Below, piece after piece: positions 26,850 through 37,144 of a DNA stretch of 64,000 nt (the stretch's first letter is position 1; the number at the start of each line of letters is the position of its first letter). Made by a program: the position numbers and the translations under genes. The notes under the pieces were generated by a model. The model did not search any database. It saw only the letters and a program-made list of their open reading frames with translations, and was not told the origin of the DNA. Location of the stretch: IMG/VR virus record IMGVR_UViG_3300025724_000001, positions 1 to 64,000 of that record. One strand, written 5' to 3'. This DNA is from a virus. Its lineage: Duplodnaviria > Caudoviricetes.

Positions 26850-29800
26850 CAATTTAAAAACAACAAATGAAATACTAGTAAAGGTCGATCAAAATAATTT
26901 AATTTATATCGATCCTAATAGCATATTGGATAATGGTGAAGTCAAACCACGAGGCGTTGAACCGGAAAATTATATAATGTTTGTTAATTTGGAAGCTGAT
27001 TTAGTTCCGAGATCTGTTTTAATAAATAATGACACTAAAAGTACGTTAATATCGGTTGCTAAAGGAACATTAAATTTTATGCGTAACGCTAATGGTCGCG
27101 ACTATGATACAACTTGGACAGATGCATATTTCGAACGAAAGGCGACATCGTTATCTAATGACGCAACGTATTATACCAATGATGAAACAACACAAAGTTT
27201 TGGAATAGATAGTGTTTCAATACAAGTACGTGGTGCGAACTTTATTCCAAGAGTTGTTATGAGATTTGTTGATGTTAGGGGAAAAACATTATTTGAATCG
27301 CCCGAGCATTCACCATATTCAGCGTTTTTTCATTTACCATGGCCATTGTTTTATCTTACAGTAAAAGGTTATTATGGAAAGGCGATACGGTATAGATTAC
27401 ATATGATTAAATTTAATGCTAGATATAATTCATCAACCGGTAATTTTGATATTGAATGTAATTTTGTTGGATCAACGTATGCATATCTTGCTGATATTCC
27501 GATGGATGCTGTATTAAACGCACCATATTTTTATGCAACAGAGAATAAAATTTCTGAAACATATAATGAAAAAACCAAACAAACGGATGTTTTAATAAGT
27601 AAGACAACAAAAGGTTATCGAGTATTAAAGTCAGTGTATCAAGAATATATTAGCAAGGGCTTATTACCACCCGATTTTCCCGTTAAAACGTTAAGGGAGA
27701 TTATTTCTGTTGCAGGTGAGTTAGAAAAAATTTTAGAAAGAGAAATATTTCCTAAAGTAATCCATCATCGTGTTTTGGGGGCAATAAAAGATTATGAAGA
27801 CAAATTAAGATTTTTGGTTGAGGGGTGTGATACGTGGAGGAAAATGAATTTGGTGACAGCATCACCAATAACAACAACTAAGACAAGAGAAAATGTGTTT
27901 ACAGGTGAATCAGAATTTATTCCATATTACACATTGAATAGTACCGACAAAGGGTCATTAACAAACATCACCGGAGATCAAGTTGGATCGATTGCTTTAA
28001 TATTAAGTAGAGCAATTGATGAACTTGAGCAGAATCTAGCGTTTGGAATTTATAGAGATGAAACTATTTTAAAAGGAGAGGAAATTCAACCTAAAATTAT
28101 TTCATGTTCATCAATAAAGCGATTAAGTGATTTTTATATTATTTCAAATGGAATCGTTGGGTTTGATTTTGATGGTTTAATGATGAGAATAGATGATATT
28201 CGAAAAGATTATGTTGAACAAAGAAATCAAATTGAAATTGAAATAGAAAGAAAGATGAATGATTTTGTTTCAAGTAAACGAGATCCAAAAATCGGTATTG
28301 GTTTTGTCCCAACAGTTAGAAATATTACTGGTGTTTTACTTGCAAATGCTGAAACCTTTTTAAGATTAATGAAAGATGTTCATTTTAAAGCGTTTGAACG
28401 AGCGGAAGATAGAAAAAAAATATTAAATTCAGTTTTAACTGATACAGACAATAGAAATAATGCGATTTATCCGTGGCCCGAGGTAAAGGTACAAAATTAT
28501 GGTAATAAAAGTATGGTACTTTTATATCCGGGTGATAAGTCTATATCAAATAAATTACAGTCATATGATGCAACATTATGGCCTGAAGTAGATTTTATTG
28601 AAAATTTTTATGCAATAGCAACAAGTCAAAAAGATAATCTTGGAGGTAAAGAAAATAGTCCGGATAATATTAATTATATTTTTGATACCAGCCTAAACAT
28701 GAAGAACTATAACTTAAGTGTTTTGACTGATATTATAAATATGATGCCGTATACTGATAAATCTATTGGTTCAATCATTTATGAGTTATATGAGAGAGCA
28801 AAATATACAACATTATTTACACCATATAATGATAAAGCCGTACTTGAACTAGCCGAAATTGAATATCAAAATCTTAAAAACCAGCTTGGTGAGGATATAG
28901 ATGTGGTTGATGTATTAAAAAGAAATATAACGAGTTTCTCGAAATTAATACAAGAATTAGAAACATTATCATATCGTTATCCTTATTATGAAGATCAAAT
29001 ACCATCAGTAGAATATATAAAAAACGCAACAGAAAAAGATTATACTATTCAGAAACATACTGGAAAAAGTGGTGCGTTTAGTAAGACTAAGACATATCCG
29101 GAAGTTAAAAATTTTCTTGAAAACTATAAAGCTGAAAATTATAGAAAATCAATATATCCTTTTAATTCACCACTTTATTTATCATATCTTGGGCAAACCA
29201 CTTATGAATCAAATAATTTGGATTTAAATATGTTATTAACCATTAACGAACCAACAGATTTTATTACATCATATAGTAGTGGTCATATGTGGGTTAAGGA
29301 CAATAAGCCCGAATGTGGAAAAAATTTATTTTTAAATACAATAGATTTAAGGGTATCTGACACAATAACAATTGAAAAACATATATTAAATACACCATAT
29401 TTTCATAATCAGTTATATAAAGAATTTATCAATAATGAATCATCAGGGAAATATGTTGGTTCTGCTTATTTGTTATTAAATTCTTTACCGTTTAAAGATC
29501 TTGATGATAGAATTACATATGCTGGTGGGGGTACAAGTACTTTAGTGTCAACATTAATAAAAGAATTACCAGCAACACATTATATACCATATCATATGAT
29601 ATTAAAATGGGGCTCAATATATCATAGATATAAAAAATGGATTATTGATAGTGTTGATATTATTGGTAATGTAACAGATAGCATTGATGGTGGAAATTTT
29701 TTTGATCAAAATAATGGTTACACATTTAATACGGGAATTTCTGAAAAGCCCATGATAAATAGAACAACACAAAGTGATGTTGGGTGTCATCCTCTATATG

Positions 29801-32625
29801 AAACCATCTTTTATCAAATTGTAAATGGACAGTCATTTCTTAATATTGATGATATTGTTGATGATTATTATAGAATGATAACGTCTGGCGTTACTAGATT
29901 ATCATATAGAGAAGTTCATGGTGGGAATGCTTGGACATCAGTGATTGATAATCAAAAACTTTATCCGTCATTAAGCGGATATACGTTATTACCAACGAAT
30001 GGTTATATAAATGTTAATGCCAGTGATTTTAATATGTCAGAACAAGATAATTTTAGAATTATATGGAATGTTAATGACTCAGAAAGATCATTGGTTGATT
30101 ATACACAATTTACATTTCCTTCACCATATGAATATTTTAATTTAACTGGTGATAGTTCGTATTCATTATCGACAAATTATAAAAAGGTGTTGGATCTTAT
30201 TGCTGTATTTAAGCCGAATATTTTGGAACAGTTTGAATTGGCGTTTTTGGATTTTGCGAGTGAAAAATTAAATGAAGAAATTCCATTTAATCCATATAAA
30301 ACACCATATTCAAAATTTCAAGATTTATTAAAAGAAATTGTAACGATTGATAATATTTTACCGTCAGAATTTGAACAAACAACAACCACAAATAATAATA
30401 AGTTTATGGGTTTTATGAAAATAAAACAAAATGAAAAACTTAATAATTTAACGAATACGTTATTAGGTAATGATTGTCTAATTAAACTGGCATTATCAAA
30501 TCCAAGAGAAATTGATCCACATATATTTGGTGGATTTACAAATACTGATGTTATGAGATTTGATTCTGGTTCTTTTAATGTGAATCAAGTTACTTCGGAA
30601 AATTTAAATTATATTCGATTATATTTGGGTTTGAATGGAATTACTGGAGAAGAAAATGATGATTATTATTTGGATTTCTTTTCTGTTAATGACATAGAAC
30701 TCAATGAAGAGAACATAAAAAGATTTAGGCCGTTAATTTATCTATATGCGGGATTAAGATCAAATGGTATGACAGGTCTTACTAATTCTGATTTTGTGAC
30801 GTATGTAAAAGATAATATTGTAGATCCACCACCGGTAACAATTGGTGTTGATCGTTTTCAAGGACCAACTGAAAGAATGGTTATGTTTTTGGAATATATT
30901 ATTCGAAAGATACAATCTAGTGATTTTGGTACTAGAATAGAAGTTGAAGACTCTTCAATTGTGAGGGGATATAATGATGATCCGACACTTAAATTAGAAT
31001 TATATAATTTATTTAAATCATTTAATGATAAATGGACATCTGGAAATTCAATTGGGCAGAGAACATTAATGGAAGAGTTTCTTTTCCTTGATAAAGCCAA
31101 TCGGGATATAGGTAGTCAAGTATTCCTTGACATGTCAAAATTACTAAGACTCAATCGTCCAGAAAATAAAAAAATTAATTTGTATGGTGCAATAAGTTTG
31201 TTATTTCAAGATACGGGTTTTGACATAAGAGCGTTGCCGGCTTATGTAAATTTTTATGGTACAAATTTCAATAATAATTCTAAATTATTACCATCAAAGA
31301 CAGTAGCACAAAATATGTTTGGTATTTTTACTGATATAGATTATCAAGATTCATCACCAAGAATAATTTTACAATATATAGGTCCAAATTCCAAACATTT
31401 AGAATTATCTGATCTTTATAAATACAAAAGCGAATATAAGAATGATGGATTTTATATTGCAGATACACATAATAATCCTATTGTTGTTGCATCTGAGGTA
31501 TTTAATAGAACAGATTTCGGAAAATCAAATAAATGTGTGGCATTTGAAGTTAGTTTTGGAGATCAAAATCAATCTATATTTAAGACTGTGGAGGTTGATC
31601 AATCGAGTATTAAAAACACATCAGAATCATTTGAAGTATTGGATAGATTAGGGAAAAGTGAGAGTGGTGCTAGTGCAGCACAAGTTGATATTGGGTTATG
31701 GGACATTTATAGACAGTCTTCATATCAATGCACTGTGACTTGTATGGGAAATGTTATGATACAACCAACAATGTTTTTTTATTTAAAGAATGTTCCATTA
31801 TTTAGAGGTTCGTATTGGATTACCGAAGTAAATCATGAAATTAAGACATCTGGGATTGAAACATCGTTTACTGGTACGAGAATTCCACAAGAATCACTTC
31901 CAGATCCGAAGGACTCATTTATGGCCAGTTATAGATCTTTGTTTGATAGGTTAGTAAATAAGGCTTTGGTTAAAATTAAAGATGATGAACGATTGAGTGA
32001 ACCTGGAATTACTAAGAATATTACGACTGCCGAAGGTACGTTTACAAGCTCGGTTGATAATATAATAATACAAGGTGAAAAACAAGTAATTCGTGTTGGA
32101 TATACGTCATATGGAATACCATATAATGGATATAAAAAAGAAATTGATGATGATATACAATTAGTTGTATATGGTGGTAGTGAATGGTTAAGGGTTAGGG
32201 TTGTTGAAATGGGAGGAAAAAATTATCCTATTGATGATAATATAGATATGAGTATTATTTCAAGTCTTACCACACCCATAGTTAATACTCCTCGAATTGT
32301 TAAATGGAATGAGCTTAAAGAACGAACAAAAGTGGACGATTTTTATGTGACTAGATTTGATCGTAATTTAATATCTGACAACACAATTGTTTCAAAATTT
32401 AAAAACACCGAGTTTTTACGTCCAAAACAAAGAAATTTAACATCGGATAAGACATTCACACTTATAACTAATATAATTATGGAATCAGGAAATGGTGTTT
32501 ATAATGGACCTGTTAGTGTTGGTCCACCCAAATTGAAGGGGGGGTATGGTATTGGAATGTCGTGGTCATTAATGAAAAAACTAGATTTGTGGGATGGTGA
32601 CGTTGTATATTTTAGAATGAGATAG
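26839..32625 (+). CDS. Large baseplate hub protein (gp27/VgrG-like fold, split by large insertions)
   Basis: N-terminal FGI.SV...P.V...FVDVRG..LF; C-terminal SYQCTVTCMGNVMIQPTM.F.L..VPLFRGSYWITEVNHEI...ET.F.G.R, typical of late-control D/hub proteins. Confidence 0.6.
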   Translation: MANNNLKTTNEILVKVDQNNLIYIDPNSILDNGEVKPRGVEPENYIMFVNLEADLVPRSVLINNDTKSTLISVAKGTLNFMRNANGRDYDTTWTDAYFERKATSLSNDATYYTNDETTQSFGIDSVSIQVRGANFIPRVVMRFVDVRGKTLFESPEHSPYSAFFHLPWPLFYLTVKGYYGKAIRYRLHMIKFNARYNSSTGNFDIECNFVGSTYAYLADIPMDAVLNAPYFYATENKISETYNEKTKQTDVLISKTTKGYRVLKSVYQEYISKGLLPPDFPVKTLREIISVAGELEKILEREIFPKVIHHRVLGAIKDYEDKLRFLVEGCDTWRKMNLVTASPITTTKTRENVFTGESEFIPYYTLNSTDKGSLTNITGDQVGSIALILSRAIDELEQNLAFGIYRDETILKGEEIQPKIISCSSIKRLSDFYIISNGIVGFDFDGLMMRIDDIRKDYVEQRNQIEIEIERKMNDFVSSKRDPKIGIGFVPTVRNITGVLLANAETFLRLMKDVHFKAFERAEDRKKILNSVLTDTDNRNNAIYPWPEVKVQNYGNKSMVLLYPGDKSISNKLQSYDATLWPEVDFIENFYAIATSQKDNLGGKENSPDNINYIFDTSLNMKNYNLSVLTDIINMMPYTDKSIGSIIYELYERAKYTTLFTPYNDKAVLELAEIEYQNLKNQLGEDIDVVDVLKRNITSFSKLIQELETLSYRYPYYEDQIPSVEYIKNATEKDYTIQKHTGKSGAFSKTKTYPEVKNFLENYKAENYRKSIYPFNSPLYLSYLGQTTYESNNLDLNMLLTINEPTDFITSYSSGHMWVKDNKPECGKNLFLNTIDLRVSDTITIEKHILNTPYFHNQLYKEFINNESSGKYVGSAYLLLNSLPFKDLDDRITYAGGGTSTLVSTLIKELPATHYIPYHMILKWGSIYHRYKKWIIDSVDIIGNVTDSIDGGNFFDQNNGYTFNTGISEKPMINRTTQSDVGCHPLYETIFYQIVNGQSFLNIDDIVDDYYRMITSGVTRLSYREVHGGNAWTSVIDNQKLYPSLSGYTLLPTNGYINVNASDFNMSEQDNFRIIWNVNDSERSLVDYTQFTFPSPYEYFNLTGDSSYSLSTNYKKVLDLIAVFKPNILEQFELAFLDFASEKLNEEIPFNPYKTPYSKFQDLLKEIVTIDNILPSEFEQTTTTNNNKFMGFMKIKQNEKLNNLTNTLLGNDCLIKLALSNPREIDPHIFGGFTNTDVMRFDSGSFNVNQVTSENLNYIRLYLGLNGITGEENDDYYLDFFSVNDIELNEENIKRFRPLIYLYAGLRSNGMTGLTNSDFVTYVKDNIVDPPPVTIGVDRFQGPTERMVMFLEYIIRKIQSSDFGTRIEVEDSSIVRGYNDDPTLKLELYNLFKSFNDKWTSGNSIGQRTLMEEFLFLDKANRDIGSQVFLDMSKLLRLNRPENKKINLYGAISLLFQDTGFDIRALPAYVNFYGTNFNNNSKLLPSKTVAQNMFGIFTDIDYQDSSPRIILQYIGPNSKHLELSDLYKYKSEYKNDGFYIADTHNNPIVVASEVFNRTDFGKSNKCVAFEVSFGDQNQSIFKTVEVDQSSIKNTSESFEVLDRLGKSESGASAAQVDIGLWDIYRQSSYQCTVTCMGNVMIQPTMFFYLKNVPLFRGSYWITEVNHEIKTSGIETSFTGTRIPQESLPDPKDSFMASYRSLFDRLVNKALVKIKDDERLSEPGITKNITTAEGTFTSSVDNIIIQGEKQVIRVGYTSYGIPYNGYKKEIDDDIQLVVYGGSEWLRVRVVEMGGKNYPIDDNIDMSIISSLTTPIVNTPRIVKWNELKERTKVDDFYVTRFDRNLISDNTIVSKFKNTEFLRPKQRNLTSDKTFTLITNIIMESGNGVYNGPVSVGPPKLKGGYGIGMSWSLMKKLDLWDGDVVYFRMR

Positions 32626-32666
32626 AAATTACCAAAATAACTGATATTTATATAGAAATTAAAACT

Positions 32667-32867
32667 ATGGAAGATACAACTAAACTTTTGGATGATTTCC
32701 TGGCAGGACCAACGGTTGTGAAAAAGACATCATTAGACGGAAAAGAGGAAGAAGTTTGTGATTTAGAGACTGGTGAGTGTTATATTATCAGAACGCGAGA
32801 TGGTATAGTTGAAAGAATAAATAAAAAATTTATTACCGAAGATGGTAGACAATTATTAATGGATTAA
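32667..32867 (+). CDS. Small hypothetical late protein (66 aa)
   Basis: Clean ORF with TATTTATA upstream (32645-52); contains CDLETGEC. Confidence 0.65.
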   Translation: MEDTTKLLDDFLAGPTVVKKTSLDGKEEEVCDLETGECYIIRTRDGIVERINKKFITEDGRQLLMD

Positions 32868-32879
32868 ATATAAAATAAA

Positions 32880-33575
32880 ATGGATGCTTTACAAGAAGAA
32901 TTAAAAAGATTTAACGCCATATATAAATATGGTAAAACTTTCATTACTGAACAAGAACCACCATTACCTCAAGCTGGTGGTACACCAACTCCACCACCTG
33001 CAGGTGCAGATGCGGCACCGGCGGATCCAATGGCGACAGATCCTGGTGCAGCGGGATTAAGTCCTGAAACGGAACCACCGGCTGATGCTGAAGAATTTGA
33101 TCCGGAAGCTGGTGCGGAGATTAATCCTGAAACAGAGAGTGATGATACAACAGAAGAAATAGATATTACTGATCTGGTTAATATGACAAAAAGTATAAAA
33201 AAACAGCTTGATAACACTCAAAGTCAAGAAAATACCGAGGTCACGCAAAAAATGGGTGATGTATTCACAAAACTTGGTGAACTTGAAGGAAAATTAGCTG
33301 AGATGGATAATATTATTTCAAAAATAGATCAATTGGGTTCAAAAATTGAAGAAATGAGGCCAAAAACGCCAGTTGAAAAATTGGAAATGAGGTCTTTAGA
33401 TTCTTATCCATTTAATGTTAAACCGGATCAATTTTTTGATGAAAAACAATATGAAATGAAAACATCAGGAAAAAACGAATATGTTTTAACAAAAGGTGAT
33501 GTTGAAAATTATGGGAAAAATGAGATAATGAAATCGTTCAATCCAAAGTCTTATGAAGATACATATGGGATTTAA
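32880..33575 (+). CDS. Acidic Pro/Ala-rich coiled-coil virion or scaffold-like protein
   Basis: N-terminal EELKRF...ITEQ, a disordered P/A/D/E segment, then a heptad region. Confidence 0.5.
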   Translation: MDALQEELKRFNAIYKYGKTFITEQEPPLPQAGGTPTPPPAGADAAPADPMATDPGAAGLSPETEPPADAEEFDPEAGAEINPETESDDTTEEIDITDLVNMTKSIKKQLDNTQSQENTEVTQKMGDVFTKLGELEGKLAEMDNIISKIDQLGSKIEEMRPKTPVEKLEMRSLDSYPFNVKPDQFFDEKQYEMKTSGKNEYVLTKGDVENYGKNEIMKSFNPKSYEDTYGI

Positions 33576-33597
33576 AATATATATTTTCGAACGAATT

Positions 33598-33629
33598 AAA
33601 GCCTGACTTTGAAATCAGGCTTTTTTTTT
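33598..33629 (+). terminator. Intrinsic terminator ending the tail operon
   Basis: AAAGCCTGA-ctttgaaa-TCAGGCTTT followed by a T run. Confidence 0.85.
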
Positions 33630-33663
33630 GTATATTTTATTTTGAGATGAATACGCTTTATAT

Positions 33664-33694
33664 TTTGAAAATTGAAAATTATTATTTATATTTT
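33664..33694 (+). promoter_or_regulatory. Early-type promoter of the replication operon (TTTG-N19-TATATTTT)
   Basis: TTTG at 33664-67 and TATATTTT at 33687-94. A second copy (33608-11 / 33631-38) overlaps the terminator. Confidence 0.55.
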
Positions 33695-33735
33695 ACATAA
33701 TTAACATTATTTACAAACAAATTAATTTAAGATTT

Positions 33736-34569
33736 ATGAGTGTTATTGAAGCAGTACAAGCACAGTACGAAAGAAGTAGAGCCGCAAGCGGCAGCAAATT
33801 TGCCTCGCAGGAGGAACGGATGAAAAAGTATTTCACGACAGTAATACCCAAAGGGTCTTCTAGTCAGGAAAAACGTATCAGGATTCTACCTACTAGTGAT
33901 GGTTCATCACCGTTTGTAGAAGTTTATTTCCACGAAGTTCAGGTGGATGGAAAATGGGTTAAACTCTATGACCCCAGACAAGAAGGTAAACGATCACCAT
34001 TAAATGAAGTAAAAGAAAGTCTCGAAGCGACAGGATTAGATTCTGACAAAGAGTTATCAAAAACTTATCGTGCACGTAAGTTTTATATCGTTAAAGTTAT
34101 TGATCGAGAAAATGAACAAGACGGACCTAAGTTTTGGAGATTTAAACACAACTCCAAAGGTGAAGGTATTTTTGATAAGATTTTTCCTATTTTTAAAAAT
34201 AGGGGTGATATTACCGACATAACAAAGGGTAGGGATATAACTCTCTCGTTATCACTCACGAAGTCTGCAACAGGAAGAGAATATACTCAAGTTAGTTCAA
34301 TTCTTCCTGAAGATCCGAGTCCGTTAAGTACGGATGCGGAACAGCTTAATGCGTGGGTTACGGATACACTTGTGTGGTCGGATGTTTATTCAAAGAAACC
34401 AGAGGAATATCTTGAAATGGTTGCTAATGGAGAAACACCAAAATGGGATAGTACTCTTAATAAGTGGATATCTTCAGTACATTCCGAATCAACAATTAGT
34501 GATGATGAAGAAATTGATGATCCTCAAATAGATGAAGAACCATCCGACGTTGACGATCTACCATTTTAA
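33736..34569 (+). CDS. Single-stranded DNA-binding protein (T4 gp32-like)
   Basis: IRILP...PF.EVYFH, YIVKVIDR, G.KFWRF and DITD...GRDI motifs; acidic tail ending DDLPF. Confidence 0.85.
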   Translation: MSVIEAVQAQYERSRAASGSKFASQEERMKKYFTTVIPKGSSSQEKRIRILPTSDGSSPFVEVYFHEVQVDGKWVKLYDPRQEGKRSPLNEVKESLEATGLDSDKELSKTYRARKFYIVKVIDRENEQDGPKFWRFKHNSKGEGIFDKIFPIFKNRGDITDITKGRDITLSLSLTKSATGREYTQVSSILPEDPSPLSTDAEQLNAWVTDTLVWSDVYSKKPEEYLEMVANGETPKWDSTLNKWISSVHSESTISDDEEIDDPQIDEEPSDVDDLPF

Positions 34570-34582
34570 TTAACATTTGTAG

Positions 34583-34621
34583 AATCTTCCCGTTTCAATA
34601 TTGGGGCGGGAAGATTTTTTT
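34583..34621 (+). terminator. Hairpin/terminator between ssb and recA
   Basis: AATCTTCCCGTTTCAA-ta-TTGGGGCGGGAAGATT (with G:U pairs) followed by a T run. Confidence 0.75.
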
Positions 34622-34633
34622 AACTAAAAAAAC

Positions 34634-35650
34634 ATGGCGATTAAAAAAGTTGATTTTTCTGCAATAAAAAAAGAGTTTTCACAGGTTGCGGCTTATAAAC
34701 CTGAAAGATATTTTGATTTAGGGGATGCTTTTACGGATGCTTGTGGTCTTCCCGGACCGGCAATGGGACATTTAAATATGTTTCTTGGACATACTGATAC
34801 AGGTAAAACTACAGCATTGATAAAAACAGCAATTGATGCTCAGAGAAAAGGGATATTACCTGTTTTTGTTATTACAGAACAGAAATGGGGTTTTGAACAC
34901 GCTAAACTTATGGGTCTTGAGTGTGAAAAAACCATTAATTCAGAAACAAATGAAACAACATGGGATGGGTTTTTTCTATTCAACAACCATTTTGAATATA
35001 TCGAACAAATTACGGATTACATTAATGACTTACTGGACGCACAAGATAAAGGTAAAATACCATATGATCTTTGTTTTTTATGGGATTCTATTGGCTCTGT
35101 TCCATGTAAAATGACTTGGGAAGGTAAAGGTGGAAAACAACATAATGCGTCTGTTTTGTCAGACAAAATAGGCATGGGATTAAACCAGAGGATAACTGGT
35201 TCACGTAGAATTGATAAAAAGCACACTAACACTATGGTTGTGTGTAATCAGCCTTGGGTAGAATTACCAGACAACCCATTTGGTCAGCCGAGAATTAAGG
35301 CTAAAGGTGGTGAAGCAGTTTGGCTTAATTCAAGTTTGGTTTTTTTATTTGGTAACCAAAAAAATGGTGGTATTACAAAAATTTCTATAACTAAAGGTGG
35401 AAGAACAATTAAAATTGCAACCAGAACAAAAGTTGGAATTTTAAAAAATCATATAAGTGGGTCGGGATATGAGGATGGTAAAATTATGATTACTGCTCAT
35501 GATTTTATGAGATGTAAAACAAAGGAAGAGGAAAAGAAATCTCGTGAAGAATATGTAAAAAATTATGGAACATATATAAGCGAGTTATTGGGGGTTAATG
35601 TTTCGGGTTTATCAGATGTCGAAATTTATGAAGAAGATGTAGAGGGATAA
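34634..35650 (+). CDS. uvsX: RecA/UvsX-like recombinase
   Basis: Walker A GHTDTGKT, catalytic TE, Walker B-like FLWDSIG, NQ, KGGEA, and KNH. Confidence 0.85.
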   Translation: MAIKKVDFSAIKKEFSQVAAYKPERYFDLGDAFTDACGLPGPAMGHLNMFLGHTDTGKTTALIKTAIDAQRKGILPVFVITEQKWGFEHAKLMGLECEKTINSETNETTWDGFFLFNNHFEYIEQITDYINDLLDAQDKGKIPYDLCFLWDSIGSVPCKMTWEGKGGKQHNASVLSDKIGMGLNQRITGSRRIDKKHTNTMVVCNQPWVELPDNPFGQPRIKAKGGEAVWLNSSLVFLFGNQKNGGITKISITKGGRTIKIATRTKVGILKNHISGSGYEDGKIMITAHDFMRCKTKEEEKKSREEYVKNYGTYISELLGVNVSGLSDVEIYEEDVEG

Positions 35651-35666
35651 TTTAAATTAATGGTGA

Positions 35667-36683
35667 ATGCCAACTTTAATTGTTGATGGTGATAATTTAT
35701 TAACCATTGGATTTTACGGACTTAAGAATTATTTTTATAAAGGTTCACATATTGGGGGGATATTTCATTTTCTAAACACACTTAGATTGTCGTTTGAAAC
35801 ATATCGTCTTGATAAAATAGTGGTGTTTTGGGATGGAGAAGATGCTGCCAGATCTAGAAAACGGATATATCATCATTATAAAGAAAATCGTCAAAATAGG
35901 TTTAAAACAGAAGAAGAAAATAATTCTTATGAATACCAGAGAAATCGTGTAAAACAATATCTAGAAGAAGTTTATGTGAGACAGGGTGAATTTTCTAATT
36001 GTGAAACTGATGATTGTGTTGCATATTATGTTCAAAATTCACCCGAAGAGAAAAAAATTATATATTCATCAGATGGTGATCTTACACAGTTAGTTTCGAA
36101 AGACACACAACTTTATAACCCATCACACAGGAAATTATATAAGCCAAAAGATACATTTGTTTATAATCAGGAAAAATTGCTGATTGAAAACATTAAGATA
36201 GTTAAAATGTTATGTGGTGATCCTTCAGATAATATTGCGGGTATAAGAAGTCTAGGTATTAAACGACTTTTGTCTTTATTTCCAGAAATCTCTAGTCAAC
36301 CACTTACTCTGGATTATGTGAAAAATAAAGCAAATTATCTTTTTGAACAAGATAAAGAGGACAAACTTATTCAAAATTTATTGACTGGGGTTACAAAATA
36401 CGGGGTTTTTGGTGAAGAGTTTTTTCAGATAAATAATAGTATTGTGAATTTGGAAAATCCAATTTTAACGGAAGAAGCTAAAGTTGGGATAATTGCGTTG
36501 ATAAATGAAAATTTGGACAGTGAAGGAAGGTCATATAAAAATACGATGAGAATGATGATGGAAGATGGTTTATTTCATGTTTTACCAAAATCAGATGACG
36601 CATGGATTAGATTTCTCAATCCTTTTCTTAGGCTTACAAGAAAGGAAAAAAATAAAAAATTTATAAAATTTAAAAATAAATGA
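35667..36683 (+). CDS. 5'-3' exonuclease / flap endonuclease (T4 RNase H, PolI-N-like)
   Basis: LIVDGDNL, VFWDG, YKENR, ETDD, SSDGDLTQL, and the H3TH motif GDPSDNIAGI. Confidence 0.9.
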   Translation: MPTLIVDGDNLLTIGFYGLKNYFYKGSHIGGIFHFLNTLRLSFETYRLDKIVVFWDGEDAARSRKRIYHHYKENRQNRFKTEEENNSYEYQRNRVKQYLEEVYVRQGEFSNCETDDCVAYYVQNSPEEKKIIYSSDGDLTQLVSKDTQLYNPSHRKLYKPKDTFVYNQEKLLIENIKIVKMLCGDPSDNIAGIRSLGIKRLLSLFPEISSQPLTLDYVKNKANYLFEQDKEDKLIQNLLTGVTKYGVFGEEFFQINNSIVNLENPILTEEAKVGIIALINENLDSEGRSYKNTMRMMMEDGLFHVLPKSDDAWIRFLNPFLRLTRKEKNKKFIKFKNK

Positions 36684-37126
36684 ATATGCAAATTCAAGAT
36701 GTAAATAGGTTTGAATTTCTCTTAACATTAGAGAATAATATTGTTATACAGAGGTTTTTTAACGTACCTAATTATGGTTCTAAATCTTTAGTGGGGCTGG
36801 AATTGTATGAGTGTGTTAGAGATATATGTAATGAAATTGCTATGGACTTGAAATGGAAGACGTTAGACTATCTGAATGATAATGCGGATTATTTTTTTGA
36901 CATGGAACCAAGTGAGGCAATAAAAGAAAAAGAAGAGTGGTTTTCATTAAGTATAAAACTAGGTGAGAAGGTATTTATAACTAGAATATTTCCGGCTCAT
37001 GTTTACCATCCAAAGGTAAGATATGCTGTTGACATCAGACCTAAAGTTAGAAAATTTTTAACCGATTTGACGAATGTATTATCGTCTAGTGAGGTGACTA
37101 CCGAATATTTGGAAACTGAGTTGTGA
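36680..37126 (+). CDS. Hypothetical protein in the replication operon (148 aa)
   Basis: ATGA overlap with the exonuclease gene; no recognised motif. Confidence 0.65.
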   Translation: MNMQIQDVNRFEFLLTLENNIVIQRFFNVPNYGSKSLVGLELYECVRDICNEIAMDLKWKTLDYLNDNADYFFDMEPSEAIKEKEEWFSLSIKLGEKVFITRIFPAHVYHPKVRYAVDIRPKVRKFLTDLTNVLSSSEVTTEYLETEL

Positions 37127-37144
37127 AAAATGATTTAATTAAAA

